Source of the DNA: an uncultured Phycisphaerales bacterium
GTDB taxonomy: Bacteria > Planctomycetota > Phycisphaerae > Phycisphaerales > SM1A02
Direction: 5' to 3'
DNA length: 10,881 nt
Assembly: GCA_938084645.1 (NCBI GenBank)
Contig: CALKEP010000067.1
Span: forward strand, 1 to 10,881
Positions 8,290-10,881 of the stretch are shown piece by piece (position 1 is the first letter of the stretch; the number at the start of each line of letters is the position of its first letter). The notes beneath the pieces were generated by a model, which did not search any database, was not told where the DNA came from, and saw only the letters and a list, made by a program, of their open reading frames with translations. Position numbers and translations under genes: made by a program.

Positions 8290-8339
8290 TTTACAAAGAA
8301 CACCGCCCTCGGCCGATGCCGGGGGCGGTTGTCGTTTTG
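8243..8339 (+). repeat. Direct repeat copy 1 (attL-like): tRNA-Gly from the anticodon stem to the 3' end, plus terminator
   Basis: 97 bp, identical to 10667-10762 apart from TTTTACAAAG vs TTTGA-AAAG just after the tRNA end (1 substitution and a 1-nt indel). Confidence 0.95.
8295..8338 (+). terminator. Intrinsic terminator of tRNA-Gly
   Basis: Stem ACCGCCCTCGGC (8302-8313) / GCCGGGGGCGGT (8318-8329, one G-U pair), loop CGAT, followed by TGTCGTTTT. Confidence 0.85.
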
Positions 8340-8463
8340 GGGTTGGCCGGGCTCTCGAAAGGTACCTCCCCGGCCGACGCCCATGGCCGAGAGCGACGTG
8401 CTTCGCGTCGATCGCGGCGAGTACGGCCTGCTTTTTTCGAAGCCGGCGACTAAACAGATGTTT

Positions 8464-8492
8464 TTGCCTCCCCTGTTCAAACCGAATAACGT
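8464..8492 (+). promoter_or_regulatory. Putative sigma70 promoter of the cargo gene
   Basis: TTGCCT (8464-8469), 17 nt, TAACGT (8487-8492), in a locally AT-rich stretch 46 nt upstream of ATG 8539. Confidence 0.55.
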
Positions 8493-8538
8493 CACTTGAT
8501 CAATTTTGGACCTCGTCCACATTCCCAGCGGAGAAGTC

Positions 8539-10557
8539 ATGAAAGCCATCGCTCTGATCGTGCCGTTCGTCTGCATGGCGGCGTCGAACGTCAATGCACA
8601 GGACTACAGCGCCTACCTTCCGACCTGCGAGAAAGGCGTGTCCGCCGAGTATCGGAGCGGATTCCTCAGCTACATCTATCTCTCTCCTCTCGTGGACTTC
8701 ATGAGCCAGAGGGCGAATCAGGTGACCGCCTGCGATTCGACGACCGAGCGATACCTGACGGATGGCGGTGATGTCCTCGTTCCAGCCGAACAGTACTTCC
8801 AGAACCAACTCTTCTACTCCGCGGACATCTCCAGCTGCTTGAATCCGGTGGTCCGACCCAACACCGACAGTCTCTACGTGGTCGGCCAGTTCGATCTTTC
8901 CAAGGGCCCGGTCCTGATCACACACCCGCAGATGTACTTCCCGCCCGACCCCGGAGAATTGCCGCAGGAGGCCTCCTTCTCGCTTCAATTCGTCGACCCT
9001 TGGACGAATTCGTTCTTCCACGCCTCGCCCTGGGGCACCGGCCCCACATCGTCCACGGAGGGAAGCGTCGATCCGCTGAATCCCCGGTCGGGTGACTTCA
9101 GTGCTCGCGAGTACTTCCTGTACTGGGGAGACGCCGACTACGCAGACGATCTCGAGTCCGACGAGAATATCGATCCATCGTCACTCATCGAAAGCACGTA
9201 CCAGCTCGCCTGGATGCTGGGACGCATCACGGTTCCATACGACGACCTCGAGAAGACGAGAAACCTGTGTCGACAGCTCACCTCGACGAGCTACGAGTGG
9301 GTCCAGGGCCAGGGGCTGGTCGAGATTCCGCTGGCCCTCGCGACCTGGCCGGCCAATCCCTGTCAGCTCCCCGCATGCGTGGACGGCAACCAGGCCTACA
9401 AGGTCGACTGCGCGGCCATCCAGGCCCCGGGATTCGACGTCATTGAATATCTGGACATCGCCGCTCAAGCGCTGGTGTACGCACCCATCCCCCCGGATCT
9501 CATCGACCAGTACTACGCCCAGCAGCTCAGCGCCATCGGAGTCGATGCGGTCACCCTGGGCCCTTCGAACGCCGGGTTGTCCGCCCAACAGCTCGACGAC
9601 ATCACCGCCGGCTTCAATTGCGCCGTGGACCTGTTCTGTGGCACACCCTCGCTTCCGAATCCGATCGATCCGGCGACGCTCGGCTTCACCATCGATCCCA
9701 ATCGAAGCGAGTGGATCGTTCCGCCCAAGGACGTCGGCGACTACGGATCGAAGGCCGTGCTCCGCGCCTACATCGCCCAGCTGGGGCTTGCCGCGGACAC
9801 CCGGACCTACGAGTTCTATCCCACGGCGACGACCTATTCGAACGCGGGCGCCGACGATTCGAATCTGATCTCGGTCACCGGGGGGGACCGGCCCGAGTCC
9901 ATCGAGTACGTGCTGATCATGGATGCGAGCATCGATCGGTTCTGTTCCGACTGGTCCCTGACGATGTACGTCACGGATTCGTCCGAGTCGGAAGCCCAGA
10001 TCCTCTGCTCGACCTACAACAGCAGCTGCGACGCGGACGGCAACTTCTGCGTGAAGGCGGTCGGTACCAGTCACCGAACGTGGCTCGGAGAGGAGGGAGC
10101 GGTGAAGACCGTGGATGACAACGGTCGGAGCTGCTATCGAGTGCTGATCAGCCCCAATCCCCCGCCGGTCGAGGACACGACACTGAACTGGCTTCCATCT
10201 CCGAACGCCCCCGGCCAGGTCTCCGATTCCGAGGACGAGGCGATCTTCCAGGTCACGCTCCGGATCTTCAACGGCAAATTCGGGCCACTCCAACAGCACA
10301 TTCCCGGCTGGCAACTTCCCTGCATCCTCAAACTCGAGGACGCGGACCCGTATCCCGGATGCACCGGCTGTCTGGAGAACGCCCCTGGATGTCTCGGTGA
10401 CCTCGCCGCGGACGGCGTGGTCGATTCGATCGATCTCGCCCTGATCTACTCGGCCTGGGGCGACTGTCCCGATTGCATCGAGGACCTCGATGGAAACGGA
10501 ACCGTCAATGCCCGGGACCTGGGCATGCTGCTTCGCGCATGGGGCCCCTGCAACTAG
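8539..10557 (+). CDS. Secreted DUF1254 + DUF1214-like protein with C-terminal double dockerin/EF-hand-like repeat
   Basis: Re-started at ATG 8539 (GGAG at 8530-8533), 672 aa, signal peptide MKAIALIVPFVCMAASNVNA/Q. DUF1254-like 'VVRPNTDSLYVVGQFDLSKGPVLITHP...FSLQFVDPWTNSF' and 'WMLGRI'; 'GDYGSKAVLRAYIAQLGLAA...FYP'; DUF1214-like 'WSLTMY', 'NWLPSP', 'FQVTLRIF'. The tail is 'CLGDLAADGVVDSIDLALIYSAWG' and 'CIEDLDGNGTVNARDLGMLLRAWG'. Confidence 0.85.
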   Translation: MKAIALIVPFVCMAASNVNAQDYSAYLPTCEKGVSAEYRSGFLSYIYLSPLVDFMSQRANQVTACDSTTERYLTDGGDVLVPAEQYFQNQLFYSADISSCLNPVVRPNTDSLYVVGQFDLSKGPVLITHPQMYFPPDPGELPQEASFSLQFVDPWTNSFFHASPWGTGPTSSTEGSVDPLNPRSGDFSAREYFLYWGDADYADDLESDENIDPSSLIESTYQLAWMLGRITVPYDDLEKTRNLCRQLTSTSYEWVQGQGLVEIPLALATWPANPCQLPACVDGNQAYKVDCAAIQAPGFDVIEYLDIAAQALVYAPIPPDLIDQYYAQQLSAIGVDAVTLGPSNAGLSAQQLDDITAGFNCAVDLFCGTPSLPNPIDPATLGFTIDPNRSEWIVPPKDVGDYGSKAVLRAYIAQLGLAADTRTYEFYPTATTYSNAGADDSNLISVTGGDRPESIEYVLIMDASIDRFCSDWSLTMYVTDSSESEAQILCSTYNSSCDADGNFCVKAVGTSHRTWLGEEGAVKTVDDNGRSCYRVLISPNPPPVEDTTLNWLPSPNAPGQVSDSEDEAIFQVTLRIFNGKFGPLQQHIPGWQLPCILKLEDADPYPGCTGCLENAPGCLGDLAADGVVDSIDLALIYSAWGDCPDCIEDLDGNGTVNARDLGMLLRAWGPCN

Positions 10558-10659
10558 GAACATCCGAACGAAGTCGGTGATCCGCGGTCACGGGTCAGCC
10601 CAGGGTGCGAGCCAGCTTCATTCGTCGTGCCCGCAGATGGACCGCTGTCCGGCATCACG

Positions 10660-10690
10660 CCGACATTCACGTTGCCAACGTGAATGTCGG
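10660..10690. repeat. Perfect palindrome with 15-bp arms, centred on the middle anticodon base of the tRNA fragment
   Basis: CCGACATTCACGTTG (10660-10674), C (10675), CAACGTGAATGTCGG (10676-10690). It extends 3 more bp (ACG 10657-10659 / CGT 10692-10694) with one bulged G. Confidence 0.95.
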
Positions 10691-10762
10691 GCGTTCGAAT
10701 CGCCTCACCCGCTTTGAAAAGAACACCGCCCTCGGCCGATGCCGGGGGCGGTTGTCGTTTTG
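10667..10762 (+). repeat. Direct repeat copy 2 (attR-like): 5'-truncated tRNA-Gly fragment (10667-10713) plus terminator
   Basis: 96 bp matching 8243-8339. It lacks the 5' acceptor strand and the D-arm, so it is not a functional tRNA. Confidence 0.95.
10717..10761 (+). terminator. Second copy of the tRNA terminator, positioned to end the cargo-gene transcript
   Basis: Same stem-loop ACCGCCCTCGGC-CGAT-GCCGGGGGCGGT (10725-10752) followed by TGTCGTTTT. Confidence 0.8.
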
Positions 10763-10881
10763 ATGCGTTGACCATGCTTCCCACGAAACCGTGGATATCG
10801 CGGTCGCCCTGGAATGTGAAATTCCTGAAGGATTCGTGCGCATTTTCGTCGGCGACCCCCCACCCGCGAACAGGGGCTCGT

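Larger units (their letters stand above)
8243..10762. mobile_element. Minimal integrase-less genomic islet or cassette inserted in tRNA-Gly (unit length 2,424 bp, one cargo gene)
   Basis: Bounded by 97/96-bp direct repeats that start at the tRNA anticodon stem, the classic attL/attR layout for tRNA-integrated elements. It contains one CDS and no recombinase. Confidence 0.7.

Noticed and set aside
8496..8503. FNR/CRP-type box
   Set aside because: TTGATCAA lacks the 4-nt spacer of TTGAT-N4-ATCAA; kept only as an unassigned palindrome.
8184..8594. Small ORFs spanning the tRNA (8184..8453, 8229..8594, 8260..8499), and 10554..10784 which shares a peptide with 8229..8594
   Set aside because: They overlap the tRNA and terminator. 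The shared peptide 'KAGEAIRTPDIHVGNV' is simply the translated DNA repeat.
8539..10557. Lower GC of the cargo as independent proof of foreign origin
   Set aside because: Spot counts of two 60-nt lines gave 57% and 62%, against 62% and 77% for two tricorn lines. That is suggestive but overlapping, so a proper GC3/codon-usage calculation is needed.
9181..10563. 460-aa minus-strand ORF inside the cassette, considered as a hidden integrase
   Set aside because: Antisense shadow of the cargo gene. I see no tyrosine-recombinase R...HxxR...Y arrangement and no serine-recombinase or HUH motifs.
10667..10713. Second tRNA-Gly gene
   Set aside because: It lacks the 5' acceptor strand and D-arm and cannot form a cloverleaf; annotated as an att-like fragment.
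8243..10762. CRISPR array or IS element as the explanation for the repeats
   Set aside because: Only two copies, 2.4 kb apart and tRNA-derived; no spacers, cas genes, transposase or terminal inverted repeats.
10768..10881. Promoter or gene start beyond the distal repeat (TTGACC at 10768-10773)
   Set aside because: No acceptable -10 at 16-18 nt spacing, and the window ends before any ORF can be judged.

Overview
GC-rich bacterial DNA, probably from a Planctomycetota/Phycisphaerales genome (inferred from the C-terminal double dockerin-like 'C..DL..DG.V...DL......WG' tag). The left part looks like core chromosome: a coupled ECF sigma factor and RskA-type anti-sigma pair (91-1541), then a secreted tricorn-type S41 protease (1709-5386) carrying an extra ~100-aa domain between two acidic linkers. 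Converging on it is a three-gene minus-strand cluster of YceI, a multi-pass membrane protein and a putative lipoprotein (5502-7877). The right part holds tRNA-Gly(GCC) (8218-8289) with a sigma70-like promoter and terminator. The main observation is that the 3' two-thirds of the tRNA plus its terminator (97 bp, 8243-8339) recurs almost perfectly at 10667-10762. The two copies bracket a 2,424-bp unit with no integrase and a single cargo gene, a secreted Cys-rich DUF1254/DUF1214-like protein with a dockerin-like tail. At the distal copy the anticodon-arm symmetry is extended into a perfect palindrome with 15-bp arms (10660-10690). This looks like a minimal, non-autonomous, tRNA-targeted gene cassette with a symmetric recombination site. 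Family calls are from motif recognition only; no searches were run.
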